This document shows positions 26,159 through 36,900 of a stretch of 64,000 bases of DNA, piece after piece. The position numbers were made by a program, and so were the translations under genes. This DNA comes from a virus (Duplodnaviria > Caudoviricetes), in the IMG/VR virus record IMGVR_UViG_3300013713_000001, positions 64,001 to 128,000 of that record; one strand, written 5' to 3'. The stretch's first letter is position 1, and each line of letters opens with the position of its first letter. The notes under the pieces are model-generated. The model did no database searches. It was not told the origin of the DNA and saw only the letters and a program-made list of their open reading frames with translations.

Positions 26159-26638
26159 TTAGGCGACTTCCTTCACCTTGTTCTTTGCAGCGTGGTAATC
26201 GTTCAAGACACGAATGTCTTGTATCACTTGCTTAACCTCTTCCTCAGAGGCCGACGCAGCGGTCAATTGTGAGAACTCGAACCGCTTCTGGATCAAGAGC
26301 GTGAGGTTGTTGAACACGCGCACTGGGTAGCCCACGTCCGGGTATTGGACGGTGTTGAACTCGAAGTACGGGTTGAACTCACGAACCTCAACGCGTTGGG
26401 AATCTTTGCTAAGGACCACCAGCGTATCCGTCATGGGATGGTTGGTGACCGCATGGGTCTCACAGAGAGCTTCGAAATGGCGCTTTTCCAGCCATACACT
26501 TAAAACCGGGCAAGAGTCACGGAGTCCCTGTAAAACCAACGCCGAAGAACTACCCACCACAAACGCCTCATGGGGAATCTCTTCGGTAGCACAGACGGTT
26601 CCCAAAAGTACTGCAATGTTTTCTGCTTTAAGAGTCAT
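26159..26638 (-). CDS. minimal nucleotidyltransferase-like protein lacking DxD
   Basis: GSSSALVLQGLRDSCPVLSV; LLIQKR; paralog of 26643..27092. Confidence 0.7.
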   Translation of the reverse strand: MTLKAENIAVLLGTVCATEEIPHEAFVVGSSSALVLQGLRDSCPVLSVWLEKRHFEALCETHAVTNHPMTDTLVVLSKDSQRVEVREFNPYFEFNTVQYPDVGYPVRVFNNLTLLIQKRFEFSQLTAASASEEEVKQVIQDIRVLNDYHAAKNKVKEVA

Positions 26639-26642
26639 TTGC

Positions 26643-27092
26643 TTATGCCATTATGCGAGCTACGTGCTGCCGCTCTTTTACTAACTTTTCCAACGCGTCG
26701 ATGTCTGCAAGATCAGCAACCCGTTGACTTTCATCGCGTTCCATTACCTTCGAGAGGTAGCGTTTCTGCGTGAGCAAGGCACTTGGACTGTACGACCAGA
26801 CCCCGCCCACACAAACAACCCCACAGTCGGTATTGAGAACACCCAACTCTACATCTTTATCGAACTTCAGAAGTTTTTCTACGCCGGCAGCAGCGGGAGA
26901 GACCCGGAATTTGTTGCTCCGCTCATACAAGCGAAACACGTTTTCTGGAATACCTGCATCCAGATCATCCGTTGTCTCCCGTACCCCTAAGAGTACCAGT
27001 GCACTCGTCGACGACAACACCACATTCTGGGCTGGTTCGTCGAGTTCGTTCAGCAGTACTCTGTAACGTTCAATAACTCCCGCCTTGTCCAT
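26643..27092 (-). CDS. minimal nucleotidyltransferase (Pol-beta superfamily)-like protein
   Basis: SALVLLGVRETTDDLDAG (DxD), LLTQKR, ADLADI; start MDKAG. Confidence 0.75.
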   Translation of the reverse strand: MDKAGVIERYRVLLNELDEPAQNVVLSSTSALVLLGVRETTDDLDAGIPENVFRLYERSNKFRVSPAAAGVEKLLKFDKDVELGVLNTDCGVVCVGGVWSYSPSALLTQKRYLSKVMERDESQRVADLADIDALEKLVKERQHVARIMA

Positions 27093-27102
27093 AATTGTCA
27101 CC

Positions 27103-27396
27103 CTACATTGATGGGACCAACCCGCTAAGTTGCTGCATGATGTTACACACGGAGCGTTCCACAAACATATCTTGCGCAACGCCGTACAACGAATAACTCA
27201 CTGGAGCAGTACCGAACGCATCAAAGGTTACCAATGCCTGGTTACGACCGCCAAACGCAATGATAGCGGTCAATTCGTTTTGCGGACTCCGTGCAAAGTT
27301 GATGGTGACTTGGCCTTCGCCGCCTGCGTGCTGAGGCACGATCATCAACCCCCCGTTGGGGGCCATTACTGCTGGATGAAACTGTTGGGATACCAT
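27103..27396 (-). CDS. hypothetical protein
   Basis: First gene after an early promoter. Confidence 0.6.
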   Translation of the reverse strand: MVSQQFHPAVMAPNGGLMIVPQHAGGEGQVTINFARSPQNELTAIIAFGGRNQALVTFDAFGTAPVSYSLYGVAQDMFVERSVCNIMQQLSGLVPSM

Positions 27397-27407
27397 TGCC
27401 TGAATCC

Positions 27408-27430
27408 TGCTAATAATGTAGGTTTGAAAT
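27408..27430 (-). promoter_or_regulatory. early promoter variant
   Basis: TTTCAAACCTACATTATTAG. Confidence 0.7.
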
Positions 27431-29892
27431 TAGTTGATGGTGTTGTTCCGGTTGGGTTCCGCTGGTAGCGTCAAGCCATCGTGTTTCATGGCGACCACAT
27501 TCGGGTTCGAGAACACACCAAAACTAGAAAGATAGTGGCTAACACAGAAGATCTGCCGCGCGTCTTTCTTTTGAGCCAACTCTCGGACAAAGTTGAAGAA
27601 ACGAGTTCGCTTAACCTCGTCGAGGTTGGTCCCCACTTCATCCATAACTAACGGGAAGTACCCATGGTAGATCAACGCAGTAAGACGCACCGCAAAATCA
27701 ATGATACCAGTCTGACCCAAACTGCAATCAGAAATGTCCGGAACCGGCTTTGAGTCACCTACAACAACCGGAAACTTGTAGGTCAAGTCACCGTTAGCTT
27801 TGTTGCAAGGTTTCACATAAAGTGGCGTGTTCCAAACGCTTTGGATCATGGCGTTTGCGTTACCGCAAAAGGTCTTGATAAAGTCAGTCAACAGTTTGCC
27901 GATAAGTCCCTTGTTTGGGCAGAGGCGGTCCATCCATGTTTCGACGATAATGAGGCGCTTACGTAAGCGTTGAACTTCCTCATGAATCGACTCCACAACA
28001 GAGGACAGCGAGCGACTGTTAATGATGGAACGGAGGTAGTCTTCTTTCTCTTCAGTCAAGATGCTGATACGTTCGTCCAATTGTTTACGGAACTTCACGT
28101 ACCCTTCATCGAGCAGACTTTGGAAGATCTCCTCCTTTAGCGCCTCGAGCTTGGCGAGGTCTGCTGCGTAGTTACGGATGATCAAGAGTCGGTTGTTAAA
28201 CGTCTTCAAACGACGGTTGTAAAACCTCAACCGATTCTGATCCACCACAAGTTCACGCTCCCAGTTCTCAACGAACGCTGCAACGTCCAAGACATTGTCG
28301 CGGTTCATAAGTCCTATACGGGTCTCTATGAGATCTTTCTCTTCCAGGAGTGACTCTATACGCCGTGTAGCGTCAAAACGTCCCTTAAAGGCTCTCAGGG
28401 CGTTCAGGATGTTGGATATCTCATTCTTGCCGACGTTGAACTCCTTCACCAGATAGCTCAGGCAAGGAACATCGCTTCTCAGACGACAGAACTGGTGCAA
28501 GGCCACCATTGACTCGTACCAGCTCCGATCATTGTCGAGGCGGTCAGCCAATACATCGCGTTCCTTCTCCATTCGTTGAATTGCTTCACCCCACAGAGTT
28601 ACGTCTTTGCGAAGAGAGAGCACGTCTTTATCGTTTACCCCTACTTTGAAGTTACGCTTGCAGTCTGGACACTCCACCGACTCAGCATTGTCATAATGCT
28701 TAAGCTGGTGGTTGGCTGCAGAGATCTTTCCTTCAAACTCCCGGATGCGGTTGTTGACCTGGTTCAACTGGTTTTCGAGCTGCTTGTACGTCGCCCCGTT
28801 GATCGAGGAGTCGTTTGCATTAACAACACAGTGGAGCTGAGCCACAAACGAATCGTAAACCAGTTCCAGTCCTTTGAAGTCGTAGCCTTCTTCACCAAAC
28901 ACGGGTTGGTCAGCCAGAACAGTGGTATGTTCTTTGATCGACTGTTTCAACTCGTTGATCTCGGTCTCCAATTGGTCCGCTTGGTTCTGGAACAGGAGGG
29001 GATCTTGGATGTATTCCTCAACCCCTTCTAACAGACCGGCGTGTTCACCAATGGTGTGTTGAAGGGACGAGATGTTTTCTTCGTAGTTACTGATCAACCG
29101 CTCGGTGATCTCAATGCCTTCAACAAGTTCGTCTTCGGTGTTGATAAACCCGCTGACCTTGTTTACCGTCAACGCGGTGGAAAGCATCTCGAACTCTTCA
29201 ATCTTGCGACGAAGCAAGGGGTTGATCTTGTACTCTTCCAACGAACCCCGGAGCAGCAGGGACTTACGCAGATCTTCATCAATGAACTTGATACGGTTCT
29301 CAAGTTCTTCAACCCCACATTCGGTAATGCGTTTCAGCTTTTCGCTTTCGTCCGCATAACGAGAGACCTGGTTCTTTAACACCGCTTTGAGTTCGTTACG
29401 CTCAGTTTTCAAGCGGTTGAATACATTCATCGCCATGCTCGTATCGTTGGGATAGAGCCACAGCAAGATCTCTTTACGTCGGGTAGGGGTCAGGTTGCTA
29501 AAGAGGTCATACACCTTTAGCCCTGACAGGAACCGTGCACGAGGACGGTCCAGTTTAAAGTGGGTCCAGCACAGCTCTTTCTGAGCCATAAAGGTCCCGC
29601 CTTTGTTTAGTTCTTCACCGTTCAGTTTAAACGAATGACCATCGGCTACGCCGGTACGTGAATCGAAGATGTAGTGCTTACCTTCGATCTTCCACTCACC
29701 GTATTTACGGCCGCCGGTATCAAAATCAGCGCTTTCGGGTGGGAGTTGGTTAACCTCTTTAAGAATACTGGTTTTACCTACACCGTTCTGAGCCACGAAC
29801 AAGTTGACCATGTGCGCAAGGTCCAGCTCAACATAGGTAATACCGTTTTTCTGCAGCGGTATATAGTTTTCGAGGATCAGTTTAATCAGCAT
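27430..29892 (-). CDS. sbcC: SbcC/Rad50-like SMC ATPase (phiKZ gp165-like)
   Basis: Walker A QNGVGKTS, coiled coils, CPDC zinc hook, signature SLGQ, Walker B LVMDE, VSH. Confidence 0.9.
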   Translation of the reverse strand: MLIKLILENYIPLQKNGITYVELDLAHMVNLFVAQNGVGKTSILKEVNQLPPESADFDTGGRKYGEWKIEGKHYIFDSRTGVADGHSFKLNGEELNKGGTFMAQKELCWTHFKLDRPRARFLSGLKVYDLFSNLTPTRRKEILLWLYPNDTSMAMNVFNRLKTERNELKAVLKNQVSRYADESEKLKRITECGVEELENRIKFIDEDLRKSLLLRGSLEEYKINPLLRRKIEEFEMLSTALTVNKVSGFINTEDELVEGIEITERLISNYEENISSLQHTIGEHAGLLEGVEEYIQDPLLFQNQADQLETEINELKQSIKEHTTVLADQPVFGEEGYDFKGLELVYDSFVAQLHCVVNANDSSINGATYKQLENQLNQVNNRIREFEGKISAANHQLKHYDNAESVECPDCKRNFKVGVNDKDVLSLRKDVTLWGEAIQRMEKERDVLADRLDNDRSWYESMVALHQFCRLRSDVPCLSYLVKEFNVGKNEISNILNALRAFKGRFDATRRIESLLEEKDLIETRIGLMNRDNVLDVAAFVENWERELVVDQNRLRFYNRRLKTFNNRLLIIRNYAADLAKLEALKEEIFQSLLDEGYVKFRKQLDERISILTEEKEDYLRSIINSRSLSSVVESIHEEVQRLRKRLIIVETWMDRLCPNKGLIGKLLTDFIKTFCGNANAMIQSVWNTPLYVKPCNKANGDLTYKFPVVVGDSKPVPDISDCSLGQTGIIDFAVRLTALIYHGYFPLVMDEVGTNLDEVKRTRFFNFVRELAQKKDARQIFCVSHYLSSFGVFSNPNVVAMKHDGLTLPAEPNRNNTIN

Positions 29893-29942
29893 GGTATAGG
29901 TCTTCTAAAAAGTGTACATCTCTAGATAATGGGTGTCTGTGT

Positions 29943-30935
29943 ATGAACTTAATTAATTGGCTTGGTGTGGGGATTGTTGCTGCCACCAAGCAGACCGATA
30001 CAAAAGAAATCATGGTTCATATGCCAAAGGACTCTCCTCTAGCAGATGGACGAACAGTAGCTCAAGTTGAGACCCAAGAACAGGAAGCAGTAAACGCTAA
30101 CGGGGAACCGGTTAAGGTCACGTCCCTTATCAGTAACACCCGCCCCGCCAAGTGGAACTCCCTTGGTGAACCTAACCGTCTCACAGCACCTGACGTTAAG
30201 GAGGGTAGCCAGGTCTCCCTTTACCAGGTACAGGGTCAAAGCACGCTCTACTGGACCACCAATGGATTCAGTGCTGAAACCCACCGCCTGGAAACGATTG
30301 TCTGGGGGTTCCAAGCAAACCCAGCGGTTGACGAAAACACCGAGTTCAACGTCGATAACTTCTATACCATCACCCTGGATACTCGTCGGGGAAAGATGGC
30401 GTACCGTGCTTCCCAAAGTAATGAGGAGAAGTCAGGGTTCGAAGTGGTCATTGATGGCGGTGAAGGTCGGGTCGAGGTAGTTGGGACGAACCAAAGCGCA
30501 TTGGTAGTGGATGACTTCAACAGCAAGTTCATTTACACCAACAAGGAAGGTACCCTTATTGGGGTGGATAAGAAAAAGGTGGCCATTCATGCACCTGATT
30601 CGATTATCTTCGATGCTACCGAAAGTGTCAGCGTTTCCACGAAAGTCCTGAACGTTCAATGCACCGACATCAACGTCCAGGCGAAGAAGGCAAAGATCGA
30701 GATCACTGAAACCGAGTGGGAAGGTGACGTTAAATTGAAGGGTGAGTTGGAGCACACCGGCAGTACCCATCAGAAGGGCAATACCGTTAGTACTGGCGTT
30801 ATCCAGGGCCTTAGCGGGGTCAAGTCGGCCATGACCGACCTTGATACTCACACCACGTCCTTTGTCGAACGCGGCAAGGATACTTCGGGACCACCCGTCC
30901 CAGTTCCACAAGAGCCGGTTGAAAGCACACCTTGA
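29943..30935 (+). CDS. baseplate central spike (gpV/phiKZ gp164-like)
   Basis: OB-like N-terminus (APDVKEGSQV), beta-helix repeats, C-terminal LDTHT..TSGPP; synteny with SbcC. Confidence 0.7.
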   Translation: MNLINWLGVGIVAATKQTDTKEIMVHMPKDSPLADGRTVAQVETQEQEAVNANGEPVKVTSLISNTRPAKWNSLGEPNRLTAPDVKEGSQVSLYQVQGQSTLYWTTNGFSAETHRLETIVWGFQANPAVDENTEFNVDNFYTITLDTRRGKMAYRASQSNEEKSGFEVVIDGGEGRVEVVGTNQSALVVDDFNSKFIYTNKEGTLIGVDKKKVAIHAPDSIIFDATESVSVSTKVLNVQCTDINVQAKKAKIEITETEWEGDVKLKGELEHTGSTHQKGNTVSTGVIQGLSGVKSAMTDLDTHTTSFVERGKDTSGPPVPVPQEPVESTP

Positions 30936-30941
30936 GACTTA

Positions 30942-30986
30942 CTACCCCTACTCCGGAGTCCGGAGTAGGGGTAGGGTCTATTATGC
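30942..30986. terminator. hairpin between convergent genes with GGTAGGGTCTATTATGC tail
   Basis: 15-bp stem CTACCCCTACTCCGG/CCGGAGTAGGGGTAG. Confidence 0.8.
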
Positions 30987-33875
30987 TTAACTCATGTCAC
31001 GCTTGGTAAAGAAGTTGTTTGTTCCCAGTCCGCCATTGTCCTCAAACACAGGAATGGCCGAACCACGACGACCACGACGAAGGACGTGCTTGTCCATCAC
31101 GATATACGACTCGTCAACCGTCAGCACGCCATTGACCGCGGTCCCAAACATCACTTCACCGTTGTTGACTTCCCGCAGGACATCAGACGCAATGGCCTCG
31201 ATGTTGTCACCAAAGCGCCGCAGGTAGCAATACGACGTACCGGTGGGGTTCACCTTTACCGCATACTCCCTGTCGAGCAGGTACACCCGACCCAGCAAGA
31301 CCACTTTGGAACCGGCTGGAATACGAACCCAGCCTTCCTCGTTGATGTTGTAAGGATCGACAACAGTGGTTCCACCGACTTCCTGCATGTCAGTGGAATA
31401 GACCGAGCTCCCTGGCTTGACCTGGTACACCCCTTTGTTAGCGAGCAAGATGGGTGGGTGTAGCTCGTCCACCGCATCAATGGTCAAGGTCCCCGAATAC
31501 AAGCGAGCAGGGTTAACAGCGCCTGGGGTAAACGTGGGAAGGTCATAACCGAAGTTACTTACCCGGAATGACAGGTCACCGTAGACTTTGCCAAACGGAC
31601 GACTGACCACCACATCATAGCCACTGGAGTCGATCTGCGAGGCAAAGAGGTCACTCCCGGTGTTCCAGACCCCGTCTTCCGACTTCGACGCGCGATTGGT
31701 CCCAGCAGGGACGTTACTTGTCTCGGTCAGTCTTACCAGTGTCATCCCGGTAGACCCAATAAAGTTCAGGTCAAAGGTTCCGCTGTTGACGTTGTACGAG
31801 AGCGCACCACCTTCAGCGTAACTGTAACCATCGGTGAGGATAACCACAGCCTTACTGAGGCTCAGGGCATAGACCTGGATCTGTGGATCCCGCAAGGCGT
31901 CAGGAACCGCAGGGTTGCGTGCCTTGGCCCTGGTCATGACGTCTTTCACCAAGCCCTGGAGACGGGAAAGGGTCGCTGTACCAAGGGTTACTTGCGCTCC
32001 CAGTGTGACCACCCCTTCGGCATACCCGAACGTCGAATAGGCGCGGTACCCGTTTTCAGTTGTGAAGACCAGGGAATTAAAGCCGAAACCACCCGAGCTT
32101 TTCGAGGCAAAGACGGTGAGTCCTTGAGGGACATTGTCCAACTTCGGATATGGAACCACGTTAGTTGGAAGTCTAACCCCGAAACGTGAACCCACCACGC
32201 TTCCAACAACATCCTCGGAATCCCACGTAAGCTCCGCCCAACGGTACACACCCATCGCACTGTCAAGTCCATATACCAGATACTTAGTTGTCTCGTTGAG
32301 GTTAGTGATTGGGATGATGCGTTCAGGCACTGCACCAAACGGACTGTGTCGTGCTGGGGCATAAAGTTCGGTTCTCACCGCTTTGGCCTCAATACGACGA
32401 CGGTTCGCCTCCAACCACGATTGGAGGCCGGTGTACTCGGAACGGTAACGCTTGACCCGGATCCCGTTACGCACTGACACTGCACGCAGGATATCGCCCG
32501 TATCAAGAACAACACCTGGCAGGTTACCCGGGGCATTGAAGTCCCAGATGTCAGCTACCGTGACGTACTCGGCATTAGCAGGTGGGGCGAGCGCACTGTC
32601 CAAAGCGACTGGGTTACGGGTCCCTAGTTGGGTAACGGTTGCCGTTCCGCCAGAGAGCAACGTACCGGGAACGATAGAAACCATAAAGCCAATGGTCAGG
32701 TAGTTCGTTACCCCACCACCGGTCACGATCACTGGAACCGTGACGTACATCCGGATCTCGTAGTTCTCCGAGGCCCACATCAACGAGACATTTACCTGAG
32801 GGGAACCATACTGACTGCCGATCTTGATCGACTGTCCCGATGCCAGGGTAATGAACTTGCGAATGTCGTACCCGTGACCGCCCTGCAGAGACGCCTGGTA
32901 AGGCGCTTGCCCGATCTTGGTGTAGAGGGCCTGGTAAGCACTCGTCACCGCGTCCGTCAGCGTAGGGTCAGTCTCAAACGCGTCTACCTTGAAGAACTTG
33001 TGCAACAAGGTAAAGTTGAAGTTGTCGTCAATGCGCCCAAGTACCGACAAGCCCTTGTAAGCGGTCCCCACAAAGCTGTTGTACAGGAGGAAGTTACGAG
33101 GACCGGCTGGGTTCCCAAGGGCATCCTTGTAGACAAAGATCTTTTTCTCCGCAAGGGGCTTGAACAAGGAGACCTTATTGTCAGACGTTACCCCACCTAC
33201 GTTGTTCCAACCACCGGCCAGTAGTCGAGACTGCAGGTTTGGGATCTCTGCTAAACGCGACGCTTTACGGGCTTTAGCAGGCCCACTGAGAAACGCCGTA
33301 TCGGTCTGGTACGTCCCACGGTCAGACTGCGGGGAATAGATGACCCGATCCCCACTAAAGGCCATGGCCACAGGAAGCCCCGAGTTGAAGTAGCGTACAC
33401 CTTGAACAACTGTGGGGACCAACGTTGGGAACTCGTTGACGTAGTAGTACGAGGCGACCTGCAACACGTCGTTCAACTGGTAGTCGGTCTCTACCAGGGG
33501 GTTGTTAGCATTTCGAGTAATAAACGCTTGCTTGGCCCCTTGAGGTGTTACATACGCACTGACAGGCGAAAGGTTGGTTTGTTCAGCCAGCGTCGCCGTA
33601 CGGTAGTTGTCTTTCAGACCAAGTCCTACGCTCCCCTTGTTCTCACCGTGCACCGGTCCGACTTTGTTCAGGTGCTCGTCGATCGGGACCACAACGTCAG
33701 TAATGAACTTGGCCAGGTTTTGACTGAAGAGAAGAAGCGAATCTTTCGTCCCTCCGTTAAAACTCGAAATCTTTTGCTCTACGGCATAGGTCATCTCGTC
33801 CAGTTTAAGGAGTACTTCACCGAACCGTGGTTCTGGGTTCTCGACAAACGGCGGTTCCCCACCATGAATAATCAT
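30987..33875 (-). CDS. tail fibre/baseplate protein
   Basis: H..K..VGLG..DNY.TAT fibre motif; C-terminal RRGSAIP shared with paralogs. Confidence 0.75.
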   Translation of the reverse strand: MIIHGGEPPFVENPEPRFGEVLLKLDEMTYAVEQKISSFNGGTKDSLLLFSQNLAKFITDVVVPIDEHLNKVGPVHGENKGSVGLGLKDNYRTATLAEQTNLSPVSAYVTPQGAKQAFITRNANNPLVETDYQLNDVLQVASYYYVNEFPTLVPTVVQGVRYFNSGLPVAMAFSGDRVIYSPQSDRGTYQTDTAFLSGPAKARKASRLAEIPNLQSRLLAGGWNNVGGVTSDNKVSLFKPLAEKKIFVYKDALGNPAGPRNFLLYNSFVGTAYKGLSVLGRIDDNFNFTLLHKFFKVDAFETDPTLTDAVTSAYQALYTKIGQAPYQASLQGGHGYDIRKFITLASGQSIKIGSQYGSPQVNVSLMWASENYEIRMYVTVPVIVTGGGVTNYLTIGFMVSIVPGTLLSGGTATVTQLGTRNPVALDSALAPPANAEYVTVADIWDFNAPGNLPGVVLDTGDILRAVSVRNGIRVKRYRSEYTGLQSWLEANRRRIEAKAVRTELYAPARHSPFGAVPERIIPITNLNETTKYLVYGLDSAMGVYRWAELTWDSEDVVGSVVGSRFGVRLPTNVVPYPKLDNVPQGLTVFASKSSGGFGFNSLVFTTENGYRAYSTFGYAEGVVTLGAQVTLGTATLSRLQGLVKDVMTRAKARNPAVPDALRDPQIQVYALSLSKAVVILTDGYSYAEGGALSYNVNSGTFDLNFIGSTGMTLVRLTETSNVPAGTNRASKSEDGVWNTGSDLFASQIDSSGYDVVVSRPFGKVYGDLSFRVSNFGYDLPTFTPGAVNPARLYSGTLTIDAVDELHPPILLANKGVYQVKPGSSVYSTDMQEVGGTTVVDPYNINEEGWVRIPAGSKVVLLGRVYLLDREYAVKVNPTGTSYCYLRRFGDNIEAIASDVLREVNNGEVMFGTAVNGVLTVDESYIVMDKHVLRRGRRGSAIPVFEDNGGLGTNNFFTKRDMS

Positions 33876-33894
33876 AGACGACTCCAATAAGGTG

Positions 33895-33915
33895 AGGGGA
33901 GGGGTTACCTCCCCT
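33895..33915 (-). terminator. intergenic hairpin
   Basis: AGGGGAGG/CCTCCCCT. Confidence 0.5.
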
Positions 33916-33920
33916 GGTAT

Positions 33921-36900
33921 TTAAGGCAACAGTTCGCTGGTCTTCAAGAAAGCAAAGGTTCCGTCATCCTGAGGGAGACCTGAACTCACCGGAATGATCC
34001 CGCCTTTCCGCACATAACTCAGTTCATAATCCCCTACCATAAACGGCTGAGCCCGCTCAATCAAAAGGATCTGGGTCAGGTTAGTGGTCACCGTTGCAAC
34101 ATGGAGCATCGAGTGCCCAGTGCGCAACTCTAAGGTCGACAAGATGTATTTCGGCTTGCTTCCCTCGATTGTTACGTAAATGTAAAACTTCTTGTTTCGA
34201 GGATCCGGGTCAATATCACGGAGGTCAATGGAGCCCCCTTCGACCTCGTACATCGTTCCGTTGATCATTACCGGAACACTGTCCTGGAAGAACAGGGACC
34301 AGATGGTTTCCGGGTAGACCGTTGGGCCAATAAACCATTGGACGTCGCCAGTGGCTGGATCTGTCTTGTGGAACAGCCGTGCCGCGCCTCCGGTGTAATC
34401 GTAGACCTGTGGAGGGTAGGGTTGGATTGCCACGTTTTCAGCACTGTCCCCAGACAGCCGAACATCCGCCATCCCAACACGGGGAATAGGGGCCGTCAAA
34501 TCCACCTGGCTCCAGCCTGCGGTTTGACAGTACACCGACTCGAACTTCTTGGTAGAGAGGTCAATGTCGAAGTACATGATCATCCGCGAACGACCCGCCG
34601 AAATCGTCGAATATGGGCTGAAGGAATACACCGCCAGCTTGTTCCCGTCACGGTACAGGTACAGCCCGCCTTTGCACCGGTCGTTTTCCAGACCCGACAC
34701 CCGCATCTCCGGCTGAGTAATCCCGATCACCGCACGGTAAGCGATCGATTGATCCAACACCGTGAAATCGGTCAGCAGGTAAACGTCAGGATGGTCTGCG
34801 TTAGGCGCTTCGAAGGTTGGGGTGAAGAGAACCGTGATCTGCCTTGCAAAGCCACGGACTGGATCATGGAACGCCAGAATGGCAATCCCGAGGTTCAGTC
34901 CTTTAAAGGTTCCACCTGCCGCATCCTGCATGAGGTAGAGACTGATGCTCCAGGGAGCGGGATCCGTATACTCACTTGGGATAAGCGCCAGGAACTTGTC
35001 CATCACCGGTTTACGAGCACCGTAGAAACTCAGGGCCTTGTAGGTCACGGTTTTGTTCGGCTCGTCAAACGTCTTCCCGAAGGTTCTTGGGCAGCTCGTT
35101 ACCACGTTGTTAACCGAAGGCGCTGCAAACTCAGCCAGCTGTGGGAAGCGACCGCCAGTAATCCCAGTGTACCCCATAGCAGAGAACGCGGTAGTTCCCA
35201 TCTCAGTCCCTGCTGCCTTTAACTCAGCATCCGACCCCGAGATACAGATAGGAACTTCTGTGGCCTTTAGGTTGGAGGTGTAGATGGCGTTGCTCAGGGG
35301 TCTCGACATGACGTTTTCCACACTGAGGTTTGTTACCTCAGGGCGTACCGCGTACGGACCGGTTACCTTGCGGAAGTAGGTCTTACGGTTGTTTGTCAGT
35401 TGGTCGACTGCACTGTAGAGTTCGCCGTCATCCTCGTAAGTCATCGACCCGGCTGCAGTACCGCTCAGCAGCGGTGAGTTCACCACCTGGTTACTCATGC
35501 GCAGGTATTCGTAAACGCCGCTGGTCCCGTCCATTGGCTGAGAGAGAACATCGGCTGCACTGGTTCGCCCCCTGATCTTGATCTTGTAGACAAAGGCAGG
35601 GAAGATGTTACCACCGTTGATCGTGGCAATCGCGATCTCACCTGTCTCCAGGATCACCCAAGAACCCGCACCAGTCGTCCCCATCCCGTAGTAGAAGGGG
35701 TTGAAGAAAGCAGATGCGTAGTTGTTACGTTCAGCGAGGGTGTTGTCAGTAAACCCGATGTCCAAGGTCGGTGGATTAAAGACCATTGTAATCACACCAG
35801 TTTTAGGGTTGAACTCCAAGTTCAGGCCAGTCTTGGGCTGGGTCCGAATCAATGGTTGCCCTGAGACGGAACGTTCACATTGAACTAACCCCGAGATAAA
35901 CATGTACCCCGAATCCAGTACCCCTGGTTTAGCACAACTCAAGACCAGACCCCGACCTACCTTGTAGATGTTGGTGGCAGGTTGGCGGAAGGTGAACGGA
36001 CCGTATTTGGAATAACCGCCGCTAGGGGAAGCAGTGGCCTTGAACGGTGCAAAGGCATCAGCGTTGGTAAACTGTTGGCCTTCGTAGTCTTTAAACGTCA
36101 CAGGGACGTGTTCGAACTTCAGCTTTTTCTTTGGGCCTTTAAGGTCGCTCAACGGAATGCGGAAGAACATGTAGTTGTCGTTGCGTGTACCGCTGACACT
36201 GACCACCAAGACTGCGTATTCACCAATCACATGAATCGAGAACCGGTTAACATCAGCCCGATAGGCCGAAGTCATCTTTCCAGCAACCGCTGACATGTCG
36301 AGTTCGTAGTACGAGTGAACCGACCCGTCAAGGGTACCGTTGGTCAGGGTCAGGAAGCAACGTGCCAGTCCAGGGTTACCCACCATCATGATCCGGTGGT
36401 TACTGCCCGCTACCACTACGGTGGGGTTAAACCCGATCGCTTGCAGGCTTGGTGGCTGGTACTTGTAACCGGTGTAGGTAATCCGCGCGTTGCTCGTATG
36501 GAACCCGGGCATCTGCGAGTAGTACAGTCCTTCGTTACGTCCGTCGTTGTGGTTGGTCAGCATCATGAAGATGCCATTACGCTCCATGCACATCGCCGAA
36601 CACGGTACAAGCGAACCCATGCCTTCAAAGGAGCCCGAGATCTGCGGAGGGATATAACTCCCGCCCCCGTAGTAACTGAAGGGAAGTACCCCGTTGCGCA
36701 TGACCAGGTCGCTGTCACGACCGTAATCCTCGGACAGTGCAAGAACACCACCTGGCGTACTGAAACGGTTAGAGGCTACCCCGGCCAGTTCCTCATCCAG
36801 CGTTGCCGTTGGGTTGTTGTCGAGGTTCCCCAGGTCCAAATGGGCCTTAGTGATCCGGTGGGCATTGCCGTAGTTCTTGTCGTGATCGACCAAGCGCTTC

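Noticed and set aside
27430-29892. SbcC without adjacent SbcD as a novel system
   Set aside because: Separated sbcC/sbcD genes are usual in phiKZ-like phages.
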